A DNA stretch of 58,930 bases, filler included. It is 5 parts of 5 records of this genome, joined end to end, with 100 filler letters (N's around TTAATTAATTAA, not from the genome) between each part and the next. Parts side by side here need not be neighbours in the genome. Positions count along the whole stretch, not along the records: positions 1 to 14,919 come from SRR22947725_784; positions 15,020 to 31,981 come from SRR22947725_792; 3 more parts are not named here. One strand, written 5' to 3'. Each line of letters begins with the position of its first letter. The stretch's first letter is position 1. The position numbers and the translations under genes were made by a program. A model generated the notes under the pieces. The model was not told where the DNA came from, did no database searches, and saw only the letters and a list, made by a program, of their open reading frames with translations. This document shows, piece after piece, positions 7,878 to 17,428 of this stretch.

Positions 7878-9140
7878 TTATTGTTTTAAGAAGGTAGCTG
7901 TTGCTTCGATATCTCCATCGTTTAGAGAAGGAGATATGTTCATTATTTTACACATCATTTCATACAGATGAATGTTTTGAAATCTAGGGCCAACATAATC
8001 TATCTTAAAATCCGGTCCATGACCAATAAAAAGTCCATGCATTGATTCATAATCCGGGTGATAACCATGATCTCCTTTTGGAAAATAGTTTGGATTAAAC
8101 GTATCATGGGTTAAAATGCGCCAATGGTCATCGGCTACTGCTGTTAAATCTTGAATACGACGATTATCGGTCATATGGAAATTTTCTGGAAATTCATTTT
8201 TTTTATAAACTTTCATATTAGGATGTGCATTTTCTAACAATGGAAATAAATTATCTACTTCTGGTTTAGCATCACCATCAACTAACCCCATAACCACTCG
8301 CATAACTGCAAACGGACCTTTATCAACTAGTTCAACTCTTGACATATCAATATAGTCATCTAAAAAAATGACTTGATCAGTATAGGTCTCTGTCATCCCA
8401 TGATCAGAGACAATCATAATATTTACTTCATCAAAAATTCCACGATCTTTTAAGCCGTTAATTAATACACCAATTTCACTATCAATGCTGCTGATAGCTA
8501 TTTTGGTTTCTTCTGCTTCAGGCCCATACGCATGACCTGCATTATCTACATCGCTAAAATAACTTGCTAGAAAAGTAGGACGTTTACTCTCTTTTAAATC
8601 AAGCCATTTTAAAAGCTGTTCCATGCGTTGCGTATTTGTAATGGATTCATCATATGTAAACCAATTAGATGGTCGTACTCCCTTAATTTCTGCATCAGAT
8701 GCTGGCCAAAACATAGTCATAGCTCGAAGGGATTGGTTTTCTACTGTAACCCAAATTGGCTCTCTATTAATCCATTTACCATCTCGTGCTGCTGTACTAC
8801 CTTGTCCGATGTAATAATACTCATCAAAGACTTCATCGTACATTCTATTGGCAACTAGTCCATGATTATTAGGATGAGATCCTGTAACAATACTAAGATG
8901 GTTGGGGAATGTTTTACTTGGGTAGGAAGGAATAAGTCCTTCAGATCTTGCACCGGATGCCACAAGCTCATCTAAATATGGAGTATCTGCTTTGTCTAAA
9001 TAATCCCATCGAAAACCATCAATTGAAATTAAAATTAATGGAGTCCCTGGTTCATTATAAATTTGATTAGAGCTTTCTTCTTCTAGTTGAGAACAAGAAA
9101 ATAAAAGTAATATTAGGCAAGATAAGTAACTTAATTTCAT
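7878..9140 (-). CDS. Nucleotide pyrophosphatase/phosphodiesterase (alkaline phosphatase superfamily), lipoprotein
   Basis: LFSC lipobox; ISIDGFRWDY, KTFPNH, DNAGHAYGP, SDHGM, GDHGY. Confidence 0.9.
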   Translation of the reverse strand: MKLSYLSCLILLLFSCSQLEEESSNQIYNEPGTPLILISIDGFRWDYLDKADTPYLDELVASGARSEGLIPSYPSKTFPNHLSIVTGSHPNNHGLVANRMYDEVFDEYYYIGQGSTAARDGKWINREPIWVTVENQSLRAMTMFWPASDAEIKGVRPSNWFTYDESITNTQRMEQLLKWLDLKESKRPTFLASYFSDVDNAGHAYGPEAEETKIAISSIDSEIGVLINGLKDRGIFDEVNIMIVSDHGMTETYTDQVIFLDDYIDMSRVELVDKGPFAVMRVVMGLVDGDAKPEVDNLFPLLENAHPNMKVYKKNEFPENFHMTDNRRIQDLTAVADDHWRILTHDTFNPNYFPKGDHGYHPDYESMHGLFIGHGPDFKIDYVGPRFQNIHLYEMMCKIMNISPSLNDGDIEATATFLKQ

Positions 9141-9176
9141 TGCCTAGTTTAATTATTGTAACGTAAATTTCCTATT

Positions 9177-9545
9177 ATGAAAAGAACCCTAATAGCGCTG
9201 ATACTCTTTTTTTCATTTATCTACAGTCAAGATAGTAATCTTGAAGTGAAAAAAGATGAATTAGTTATCGAAGTATCTGGAATGGTATGTGCTATGTGTG
9301 CATTTGGAATTCAAGAAGGACTATCTGAACTTTCTTTTCTAAATGAAAAAGTATATAAGGATGATGGTATTAATATAGATTTAGACACACAAATGATCTA
9401 CATACCCATAGATCTATCTAAAAAAATTGATGAATGGGAAGCAATCCAGATTATTAATGATGCTGGATATGATACCGTTGCTATTTATACTAATTTTGAC
9501 GGGAATAAGATTGAAAAAAAGACTATTCCTAAACTAGTTGGCTAG
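9177..9545 (+). CDS. Secreted heavy-metal-associated (HMA) domain protein
   Basis: Signal peptide; VSGMVCAMC; INDAGY. Confidence 0.82.
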   Translation: MKRTLIALILFFSFIYSQDSNLEVKKDELVIEVSGMVCAMCAFGIQEGLSELSFLNEKVYKDDGINIDLDTQMIYIPIDLSKKIDEWEAIQIINDAGYDTVAIYTNFDGNKIEKKTIPKLVG

Positions 9546-9557
9546 ATACCCTCGTTT

Positions 9558-10160
9558 ATGAAAAAATGTATCATTCTCTTAGCAATATTTCTATCCCTAT
9601 TACAAGCTCATCCCGTTGTTTTTAAGGGCGGTAAAGTAATCTGGTTGATTGATTCTCCCAATATAACTGAGATTAGATTTGGTAAAACATTCACAAAGAA
9701 GTTTTATTCTGGCGTTAGAGTGTTTAATGACAAATACATTGACCAATCCTATATTGCCTCGAATAATAATTTATTAGTCAAACGATGGAATGCCTCTAAT
9801 TATCAAGCAAATATCTATGCCTTATCAAGTATTGGGCTAAATATAGATTCTGAAAAATCTATGTATAATCTTGGTCTTCATACGGATTGGGAAAATAGAA
9901 GATTTATGGTAATGCACATGATAGAGTATTCTTCATTTAATGAATCGACTAAGAATAGTGTCCGATTAGCGTTTACACCAAAAATTACAGACTATAAAGG
10001 AACTGCAGTATGGTTGATAGGTCAGTATACCAACTATAGCTTTGATGATAAAAATAATGAGATGTTAATGCCTGTTATTCGAATACTAAAAAGAAATTAT
10101 CTATTAGAGTTTGGTGGAAATGGAAATGAAACCTTCCTTACATTGATGACACATTTTTAG
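9558..10160 (+). CDS. Secreted protein, possible small outer-membrane beta-barrel
   Basis: Signal peptide LLQA|HPVVFKGG; amphipathic beta-like segments; C-terminal Phe (LTLMTHF). Confidence 0.6.
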   Translation: MKKCIILLAIFLSLLQAHPVVFKGGKVIWLIDSPNITEIRFGKTFTKKFYSGVRVFNDKYIDQSYIASNNNLLVKRWNASNYQANIYALSSIGLNIDSEKSMYNLGLHTDWENRRFMVMHMIEYSSFNESTKNSVRLAFTPKITDYKGTAVWLIGQYTNYSFDDKNNEMLMPVIRILKRNYLLEFGGNGNETFLTLMTHF

Positions 10161-10883
10161 TTATTTAAACGCTGTATATATAGTCACGATACCAAGCATT
10201 TGAGGATGATCTGCAATAGTAATAAACTTATTTTCTTTTAGAATTCCATTAAATTTTTTTCCATGGGGAAAGACACTGGCAGAATCAGATAGATATTCAT
10301 AGGCTAATTTATCTCTTGAAAAGATCTTCCCTAAGATGGGAATGATCCAATGCGAAAAAAAATAATACCCCTGTTTAAAGGGAAAATATTTTGGGACGGA
10401 TGTTTCAAGGATGACCAATTGCCCCCCCGGCTTTAACACTCTAAATATCTCAGATAAACCCTTATTTAAATTATCGAAATTTCTTACACCAAATCCAATA
10501 CTAATAGCATCGAATGTATTAGAGTCGAACGATAATGCTTCAGCATCATCTAATTCCAAAGTAATCTTATGATCTAGTTCTAGATGTTTTATTTTTTCTT
10601 TACCAATAGAGAGCATCTCTCCTGAAATATCGACCCCTATTATTCTTCCTGAAGAGTGTCGTGCTAAATCAATTGCTAAAGCTCCAGTACCTGTTGCTGC
10701 ATCTAGTATAATTTCAGGATTGTTAGCAGCAATCATTTTTGCTACACGCTTTCGCCATGTTTTATCCATTCCAAAAGTAATGAGTCCATTTAATCGATCG
10801 TATGTATTGGCAATACGATCAAACATTGTGACTATCTGTTCTTTTTTTGAATTAGTAAGGTTTTTATATGGCTTATGATTCAC
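10161..10883 (-). CDS. menG: Demethylmenaquinone methyltransferase (UbiE/MenG)
   Basis: MFDRIANTYDRLN, LDAATGTG, FGVRNF, RVLKPGG, AYEYL. Confidence 0.9.
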   Translation of the reverse strand: MNHKPYKNLTNSKKEQIVTMFDRIANTYDRLNGLITFGMDKTWRKRVAKMIAANNPEIILDAATGTGALAIDLARHSSGRIIGVDISGEMLSIGKEKIKHLELDHKITLELDDAEALSFDSNTFDAISIGFGVRNFDNLNKGLSEIFRVLKPGGQLVILETSVPKYFPFKQGYYFFSHWIIPILGKIFSRDKLAYEYLSDSASVFPHGKKFNGILKENKFITIADHPQMLGIVTIYTAFK

Positions 10884-10893
10884 CTGTAAAATT

Positions 10894-10928
10894 AAAAGAA
10901 AGGGCTAGCAATATACTAGCCCTTTTTA
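10894..10928 (-). terminator. Intrinsic terminator, homologous to 1818-1850
   Basis: Minus strand TAAAAAGGGCTAGT-ATATT-GCTAGCCCTTTCTTTT. Confidence 0.8.
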
Positions 10929-10936
10929 TGTAAAGA

Positions 10937-11773
10937 TTATTTATTCGCTGGTGCGAAGGTTTTAAAAATACCTAAATCGGTATGATTGTCCCATATGTTA
11001 TGGAAGTATTTCCAATAGTCTCCTCTATTTTCTGCACCAAATGCGGCATCTTCTAATGCTGCATTTCCAGCTGCTGCCATATCTTCTAAAGATGCATATT
11101 CAGTAATATAGAAAACAGGCAATATGCCACCTTCAATTGATCCTGACCATAAATGTGTTAAGACTTTCTGACTAACAATTTTGTCATTCTTCTTAACCAC
11201 TTCATTGGCATATTTTTTCATCATTGCTAAGCGATCTTCTCCAGAACCACCTTCAACTTCACTCATGCGTTTCCAGTATCGAATACTTACTGACACTACA
11301 TTTCCATTGTTGATAGTTTCTTCACCGGTTAGTGCCGCAGTATTCTTTTTTTCTAGGGCTTTCCAGTTTTCTAAGATATGTACATCTTCATGGTAAGATT
11401 GAAAATGCCTATTATAGTTTGAAACAGCAGTTGATCTCTCATCTGCATTTCTCCATGCCATATCATTGATATTATTAAATCCAGCATAGTCAGTGGCATC
11501 TTTCATATTTCTAAATTCACCTAAGATTGCAACATCTTCTGATTCTCCGGTCCAAAAATGCGTTAACATCATTGAGCTCATTAGCTGTCTTGATACTTTA
11601 TGTCTTGCTAACTGATAGGCTGCAACATCTGCACTTCTGTCCATCCACGATATGTCTGGATTTTCACCAATCGGTTCCCATTTATATTTTGACCATGTTA
11701 CAACTGTATTCCCATCAGTATATTGGGAAAACGCTAAAGTTGTAAACAAAGCCATTAGTAATAGTTTCTTCAT
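10937..11773 (-). CDS. Secreted tandem His-motif domain protein, paralog of 973-1806
   Basis: NTVVTWSKYKW, LTHFWTG..HED, KIVSQKVLTHLWSG..EYAS..HTD; both paralogs end in ANK. Confidence 0.8.
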   Translation of the reverse strand: MKKLLLMALFTTLAFSQYTDGNTVVTWSKYKWEPIGENPDISWMDRSADVAAYQLARHKVSRQLMSSMMLTHFWTGESEDVAILGEFRNMKDATDYAGFNNINDMAWRNADERSTAVSNYNRHFQSYHEDVHILENWKALEKKNTAALTGEETINNGNVVSVSIRYWKRMSEVEGGSGEDRLAMMKKYANEVVKKNDKIVSQKVLTHLWSGSIEGGILPVFYITEYASLEDMAAAGNAALEDAAFGAENRGDYWKYFHNIWDNHTDLGIFKTFAPANK

Positions 11774-11974
11774 AGTATTTCCTTTGTTTATTTACGTTTA
11801 TTAGTAAAAAAATATTTTTTTTGAAAAGCTTTTATCTTCAAAAAACTTCCACCTCATATTTATTTCGTTAATTTTAATATTTTATGTACAGCCTCTACTA
11901 ACTGCAATGATAAAGATTAATATAAAATTATTTGCTATAGTGTATTGAAAAATAGTTATAAAATAATACTATAC

Positions 11975-12193
11975 ATGAAAAGAAATTATCAACATTCTAA
12001 GTGGACGTCAGTAGATAAGGTGGAAGGCTGGAGACACTTCGAAGTAATCAATGTAAATAAGAAAACAAAAGAACTAGAGCTATTTTCTGTCTGTAAAAAG
12101 AAGATTAAAGTAACAGTAAATGAATCTGACCTACAAGATCGAAATAAGTGGTTACCTAGCTGGAGAATACTCGAAAAAGCTGATGACAAATAA
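11975..12193 (+). CDS. TIGR02450 family Trp-rich small protein
   Basis: SKWTS...WRHFEV...WLPSW. Confidence 0.75.
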   Translation: MKRNYQHSKWTSVDKVEGWRHFEVINVNKKTKELELFSVCKKKIKVTVNESDLQDRNKWLPSWRILEKADDK

Positions 12194-13031
12194 AGCAAAT
12201 CTTAATGCATTAAAAGATTTATTACATGAATGGCACGCTACGTATTCTTTTTTCCTTACCATTAAAGATAAGAGCCAAAGAACAGAATACTATCTTGGAA
12301 GTCTTTTATGGATTGAACGTAGTATTTATAATTATGGTATTAATATTTCAGAGTTAAACGGATATGAGTATTATAACCCTGTAATTGATTCAAGAGGTGT
12401 AGAAAACCTCAATGATGCTCCATGGTTTGCAGTAGATAGTGATGAATTTGCAAAAGAGCATAATTTAAAAGATATGAAATTGATTGCAGAAATGTATTTA
12501 AAACGGCATCCGCTTATGGCCATAAAATCAAAAAAAGACTTTACGCAAAGCCAAGTCAGTAAATTTATGGAGCATTTGTGGAATCATCCATCCTATGATA
12601 TAAAAGATAACCCAAGCCATATATTATTAATTCAATCGTTTCACTTTAATAAGTATAGAGGTAATTGGCTAAACAAGCGTTTTGGGAAGGTGAAAAATAA
12701 ACACTTCAAACATTTTGAGATTCAAATTTATAGAAGATATACTTCTATTCGTAAGTTGATAGCTCTTTTTGTAGGGGTAGAGATTATGACAGAAAAAGGA
12801 GAGTCATATAGTATTGATGCACTACATCCACTTGTAATTAATACTTTTAAAAACTCTTTTAAGCAATGGTTTGCTAATTATCAGTATCATTCTTGGATAA
12901 AGGAGAAACCGCTTGGCGAGAATTGCTCAGGACGAGATAATGCTATTATGCCACATATTCGAGCAGTAAAGCGATCCAAACGAGATATCAAAGAATTAGA
13001 GAAGCAAAGATTTTTCAAAAAAAAGCCATAA
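12183..13031 (+). CDS. Hypothetical protein
   Basis: Long ORF; ATG 12183 overlaps the end of the upstream gene; no recognisable motif. Confidence 0.65.
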   Translation: MTNKANLNALKDLLHEWHATYSFFLTIKDKSQRTEYYLGSLLWIERSIYNYGINISELNGYEYYNPVIDSRGVENLNDAPWFAVDSDEFAKEHNLKDMKLIAEMYLKRHPLMAIKSKKDFTQSQVSKFMEHLWNHPSYDIKDNPSHILLIQSFHFNKYRGNWLNKRFGKVKNKHFKHFEIQIYRRYTSIRKLIALFVGVEIMTEKGESYSIDALHPLVINTFKNSFKQWFANYQYHSWIKEKPLGENCSGRDNAIMPHIRAVKRSKRDIKELEKQRFFKKKP

Positions 13032-13071
13032 TTATTTTGTAGGTTTAACTCGTAAAATTCACAATTATAAT

Positions 13072-13734
13072 ATGAACCGTAAAGAAAATTATTCAACATT
13101 TTTTTATCCTGAAAAAGAAGAAAGACTTAATGTATTGAGTCATGGATTTGCTTTCTTATGCAGTATTGTATGCTTTATTTTGCTTGTGATAAAAGGAATT
13201 AATAACGGGAGCCCAATCTATATTTTTAGTTTGACTGTTTTTGGTATCGCACTAATGTTAACATTTATTACATCTACCATGTATCATAAATCTAAAGATC
13301 CTATAAAGCGAAATAAATATAGGATGCTAGATATGTTTGCTATCTATACAATGATTGCTGGTTCATATACTCCCTATGCACTTGTATTGCTTCAAGGAAC
13401 TAAGGGGTGGATATTATTTAGTATAGTTTGGAGTATTGCATTATTTGGTATTATATGGAAATTATTTACTGTCGGAAAATATAATCTTATTTCAACATTT
13501 TTGTATGTTGGAATGGGAGGTATTTGTGTTTTTTATATGCAGGATCTATTTCAGTTATTATCATACGAAGGTCTCTTATGGCTAGTAATAGGATGTGCAT
13601 CCTATTTGATTGGAGTCTTTTTTTATTTAATGGACAAGCGTATTGAATACAATCATTTTATCTGGCACCTCTTTGTTATGGGCGGAAGTTTTAGTCATTT
13701 CATTTCAATATTTTTTTATGTTTTACCATCCTAA
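13072..13734 (+). CDS. Hemolysin III / PAQR family membrane protein
   Basis: EERLNVLSHG, STMYH, IAGSYTP, HFIWHLFV..SH. Confidence 0.9.
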   Translation: MNRKENYSTFFYPEKEERLNVLSHGFAFLCSIVCFILLVIKGINNGSPIYIFSLTVFGIALMLTFITSTMYHKSKDPIKRNKYRMLDMFAIYTMIAGSYTPYALVLLQGTKGWILFSIVWSIALFGIIWKLFTVGKYNLISTFLYVGMGGICVFYMQDLFQLLSYEGLLWLVIGCASYLIGVFFYLMDKRIEYNHFIWHLFVMGGSFSHFISIFFYVLPS

Positions 13735-13810
13735 GATACATTTTTGCTAATAAAGAATTATGTATAACTCGCTTGTTTTTACTTTTTTTAATACATTATA
13801 GTGAAATTGA

Positions 13811-13853
13811 AGGGGGCAAGATTCTATTCTCATTATAGAATGTTGCCTTTTTT
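13811..13853 (+). terminator. Long hairpin with T-tract upstream of a small ORF
   Basis: GGCAAGATTCTAT-TCTCATT-ATAGAATGTTGCC (12 of 13 pairs) followed by T6. Confidence 0.6.
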
Positions 13854-13880
13854 ATTATAGTAACTAAGTAGAGGAAAAAA

Positions 13881-13955
13881 ATGGAATTTCTAACAGAGTG
13901 GTGGTGGCTATTATTAATAGTAGCTGGCGGTTGTTGGTGGTATTGTAAGCAATAA
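13881..13955 (+). CDS. 24-aa Trp-rich membrane peptide (missed by ORF track)
   Basis: AGAGG RBS; MEFLTEWWWLLLIVAGGCWWYCKQ*. Confidence 0.6.
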   Translation: MEFLTEWWWLLLIVAGGCWWYCKQ

Positions 13956-14003
13956 CCAATAATTAACTTCACCTTTTAGGGGGATTGTTTTTAACTTAAC
14001 ATT

Positions 14004-14919
14004 GTGATTAAAAAATACAATGTACCTGGGGATTTCTCATCCCTAACTGGCTATGATAGTCTCGAAGAGTATCTAAAACTTAAAACAGATGTCCATACAG
14101 ACCCTGAAGCATATTGGGCAAAAGTAGCAGAAAGAATTGATTGGTTTGAAAAATGGACTGATGTTAATAAAACGAATTATCATGATGCACATATTGAGTG
14201 GTTCACCAATGGGAAACTTAACGCATCTTTTAATTGTATTGATCGACATATCAAGAATGGCTTAGGAGAAAAAACAGCATTGATTTGGCAATCCAACGAT
14301 GTCAATGTTAGTAAAAATGTTACCTATAATGAATTATTAGTACATGTCTCTCAGTTTGCAAATGCATTAAAAAAAGCAAATATTCAAAAAGGAGATCGTG
14401 TATGTATTTATATGCAGATGATACCAGAAGCTATCGTTGCGATGTTGGCTTGTGCACGTATTGGAGCAGTACACTCTGTTGTTTTTGGGGCATTTTCTTC
14501 TGATGCTTTAAAAAATAGAATCAAGGATTCTGAATGTAAGTTATTGATTACTCAGGATAATGGAGTGCGTGGTACAAAACACGATATTCCAATGAAAGAA
14601 AATGCAAATAATATCGCAGATGAATGTCCTTCTCTAGAAAAGATTGTAGTGGTAGATAGATGCGGTAATGATGTAGCAATGCAAGAAGGTAGAGATATTT
14701 ATTGGGACGATTTTATTGAAGGGTGTGATACCGTATGTGAACCTGAAGTGATGGATGCCGAAGATCCTTTATTTATATTATATACCTCTGGATCAACGGG
14801 AACACCAAAAGGAGTGTTGCATACTACGGGTGGATATATGGTATATACTTCTCATACACATGAGATAGTATTTGATCATCATAAAGATCATATTTATTGG
14901 TGTACAGCTGATATTGGTT
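14004..14919 (+). CDS. acs: Acetyl-CoA synthetase, 3'-truncated at contig end
   Basis: MLACARIGAVHSVVFG, YTSGSTGTPKGVLHTTGGY, WCTADIG. Confidence 0.93.
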
Positions 14920-15019
14920 NNNNNNNNNNNNNNNNNNNNNNNNNNNNNNNNNNNNNNNNNNNNTTAATTAATTAANNNNNNNNNNNNNNNNNNNNNNNNN
15001 NNNNNNNNNNNNNNNNNNN
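14920..15019. other. Artificial contig linker
   Basis: N44-TTAATTAATTAA-N44 (stops in all six frames). Confidence 0.97.
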
Positions 15020-15705
15020 GCTTCAACAAGAACGCCTCCTGTAGGAAAGTCAGGTCCTTTAACAAAGTTAGAAATAGTACTATCTGATGCATTAGGAAAT
15101 TTTATTAAATGTAATAAAGCGTCAGATAATTCAGAAATATTATGAGGGGGAATTGATGTTGCCATTCCAACTGCAATCCCTTGTGAACCATTTGCTAATA
15201 AGTTTGGAAATGCAGAAGGCAAAACCACTGGTTCTTCCCCTTCGTCATCGTAAGTAACTCTAAAATCAACAGTATTTTGATCTATATCTAAAAGTAGTAA
15301 TTCAGCGGCTTTAGTCATTCGTGCTTCAGTGTATCTCATAGCTGCTGCGTTATCGCCGTCAATGTTACCAAAGTTACCCTGGCCATCAACTAACGGGTAC
15401 CTTAATGCAAAATCTTGAGCCATTCTTACCATTGAGTCATAAATAGCACCATCGCCGTGAGGATGAAATTTTCCCATGACATCACCAACAACTCTTGCAG
15501 ATTTTTTATAACCTTGATTATAATTTAACTTAAGTTGACGCATAGCAAATAAAACCCGCCTATGCACAGGTTTCAAACCATCCCGTACATCTGGCAGAGA
15601 TCTTGAGGTGATTGTAGAAAGTGCATATGACAAATATCGTTCTGAAATTGCTTTAGAAAAACTTGTTAGATTAATATTTTTTTCATTTATTTCTGTGTTA
15701 TCCAT
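15020..15705 (-). CDS. parC: DNA topoisomerase IV subunit A, partial
   Basis: [41 protein letters not shown]; follows recO as in Alphaproteobacteria. Confidence 0.88.
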
Positions 15706-15724
15706 GTATAATACTCTGATATAA

Positions 15725-16483
15725 TTAAAGTTTTTCAATCATTTCAATTAATCTATTTCTAGCATTAGGTAAATAAGTGTTTGATTGATCATTAATTGAT
15801 ATTAATAATTTATTTTTAAAAAAATAAGAAGTGATTTTTAACCCAGCTATAATATCTTGATTGAAGTTTGAACCAATTAAATCCTTTCCACCAAGAAACC
15901 TGGGTAATAAAAGTAGCTTTGGAGCAAATTTACCGCTTCCTTCTTTAGATACTGCTTTTCCAGTTTTAGGACTTACAAAATACAGATTATTTTTTTTTCC
16001 TGTAACAGCACATTCATTCAAATTTAGAGAAAAGCCTATTGAAGATAAAAGCCCTATTTCCCATTTCACGTATCCCTCAACCCACATATTTTGAGAGTTT
16101 TTATCATCTATTAATAAAAGGTTAATAAAAGCCTGAGTTGCATTAAAAACTTCAGAATACTTTTGTCTTTCTGGTAAAACTTTTTCTAATAATGTACAAA
16201 TTGAGAAGATGGCTTGTAATTTAACTTTATCATCTAATATTTTTCCTACAACAGATGAAATCAATTCAATTTTAAAATTACCCATTTGCTCAATTAACCT
16301 AGATTTCCAAAAAATATCTACTAAATTTCCAGGCTGTACATGAGAAGCTATATTTTTTTTGTTATAATTAGTAATCCAACCTAAATGCCTTCCATGCTCT
16401 AAAGTAAGAAGATTTGCTATAATTCCTTTTTCACCATACTTTCTAACAGATAACACTATGCCTTTATCTCTCCATTCAGGCAT
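15725..16483 (-). CDS. recO: DNA repair protein RecO
   Basis: [31 protein letters not shown]; follows era. Confidence 0.9.
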   Translation of the reverse strand: MPEWRDKGIVLSVRKYGEKGIIANLLTLEHGRHLGWITNYNKKNIASHVQPGNLVDIFWKSRLIEQMGNFKIELISSVVGKILDDKVKLQAIFSICTLLEKVLPERQKYSEVFNATQAFINLLLIDDKNSQNMWVEGYVKWEIGLLSSIGFSLNLNECAVTGKKNNLYFVSPKTGKAVSKEGSGKFAPKLLLLPRFLGGKDLIGSNFNQDIIAGLKITSYFFKNKLLISINDQSNTYLPNARNRLIEMIEKL

Positions 16484-17399
16484 TATAATCCAAACCAATT
16501 GATGAGTATTTAGAGGGGTCATCCATCCAATTTTTTTTAAATTTTACAAATAAAAAAAGGTGAATTTTACAGCCTAATAACTCTTGTAATTCTTCACGAG
16601 CCAATGAACCAACCCTTTTAATATTTTTACCTGATTTACCTAATACTATTGGTTTATGACTATCTTTATTGACATATATGGTTTGCTCTATACGAATGCT
16701 ATTATCAATATTAACTGTCCATTTTTCAGTTTCAACCATCAAATTATAAGGCAGTTCTTTATTTAATAAATTAAATAATTTTTCTCTAGTTATTTCTGAA
16801 GCTAACAATGATTGTGGTAAATCTGATGTTGTACCTGCATCATACAAAAAAGGATGTATTGGCATTGCATTAGCCAAAAATAATTTTAAATCTTCACATC
16901 CACTTCCATTTTTTGCTGAAATTAAAAATATTTTTTCGAAATCAAATTTTTTTTTTATATCAGCTATTCTCTCAAGAAGTTTATCTTTTAATAACAAATC
17001 TATCTTATTTAGAACTAAAATAACATTAGAATGGATTTTAAAAATATTTTTAATAACTTCTATACTATAATCATTCAATCTGTTTTTAGAAATATCATGA
17101 ATAAAAACAACTTTATCAGAATATTTCAATTCTGACCAAGCAGCAGATACCATAGCTTTGTCTAATCTTCTCTTAGCAGCAAAAATTCCAGGGGTATCAA
17201 TAAAAATTATTTGTGATTGAGAATGATCTTCAAGAGTACAAACGCTCAAACCTTTGACACAAAATCTCGTAGTTTGGACCTTATGTGAGACAATAGAAAC
17301 TTTTCTGCCAACTAACTTATTGAGTAAAGTTGATTTTCCGGAATTGGGTACCCCCAATATATTAACAAACCCTGATCTATTTTTAAGTCTATTTTCCAA
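16476..17399 (-). CDS. era: GTPase Era
   Basis: GVPNSGKSTL, QTTR, DTPG, NKID, C-terminal KH domain. Confidence 0.95.
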   Translation of the reverse strand: MENRLKNRSGFVNILGVPNSGKSTLLNKLVGRKVSIVSHKVQTTRFCVKGLSVCTLEDHSQSQIIFIDTPGIFAAKRRLDKAMVSAAWSELKYSDKVVFIHDISKNRLNDYSIEVIKNIFKIHSNVILVLNKIDLLLKDKLLERIADIKKKFDFEKIFLISAKNGSGCEDLKLFLANAMPIHPFLYDAGTTSDLPQSLLASEITREKLFNLLNKELPYNLMVETEKWTVNIDNSIRIEQTIYVNKDSHKPIVLGKSGKNIKRVGSLAREELQELLGCKIHLFLFVKFKKNWMDDPSKYSSIGLDYNA

Positions 17400-17428
17400 A
17401 ATAAAATTTAACCACCATAATCCATAAA

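Noticed and set aside
13881-13955. Trp-rich peptide as a trp attenuator leader
   Set aside because: The downstream gene is acs, not a trp gene; the strong hairpin lies upstream of the ORF; the peptide looks like a TM helix
14964-14975. TTAATTAATTAA palindrome repeated four times
   Set aside because: Always centred in N44 runs; an assembly concatenation linker, not biology
14004-15738. acs and parC as neighbours or pseudogenes
   Set aside because: Both are simply cut by the linker and come from different organisms
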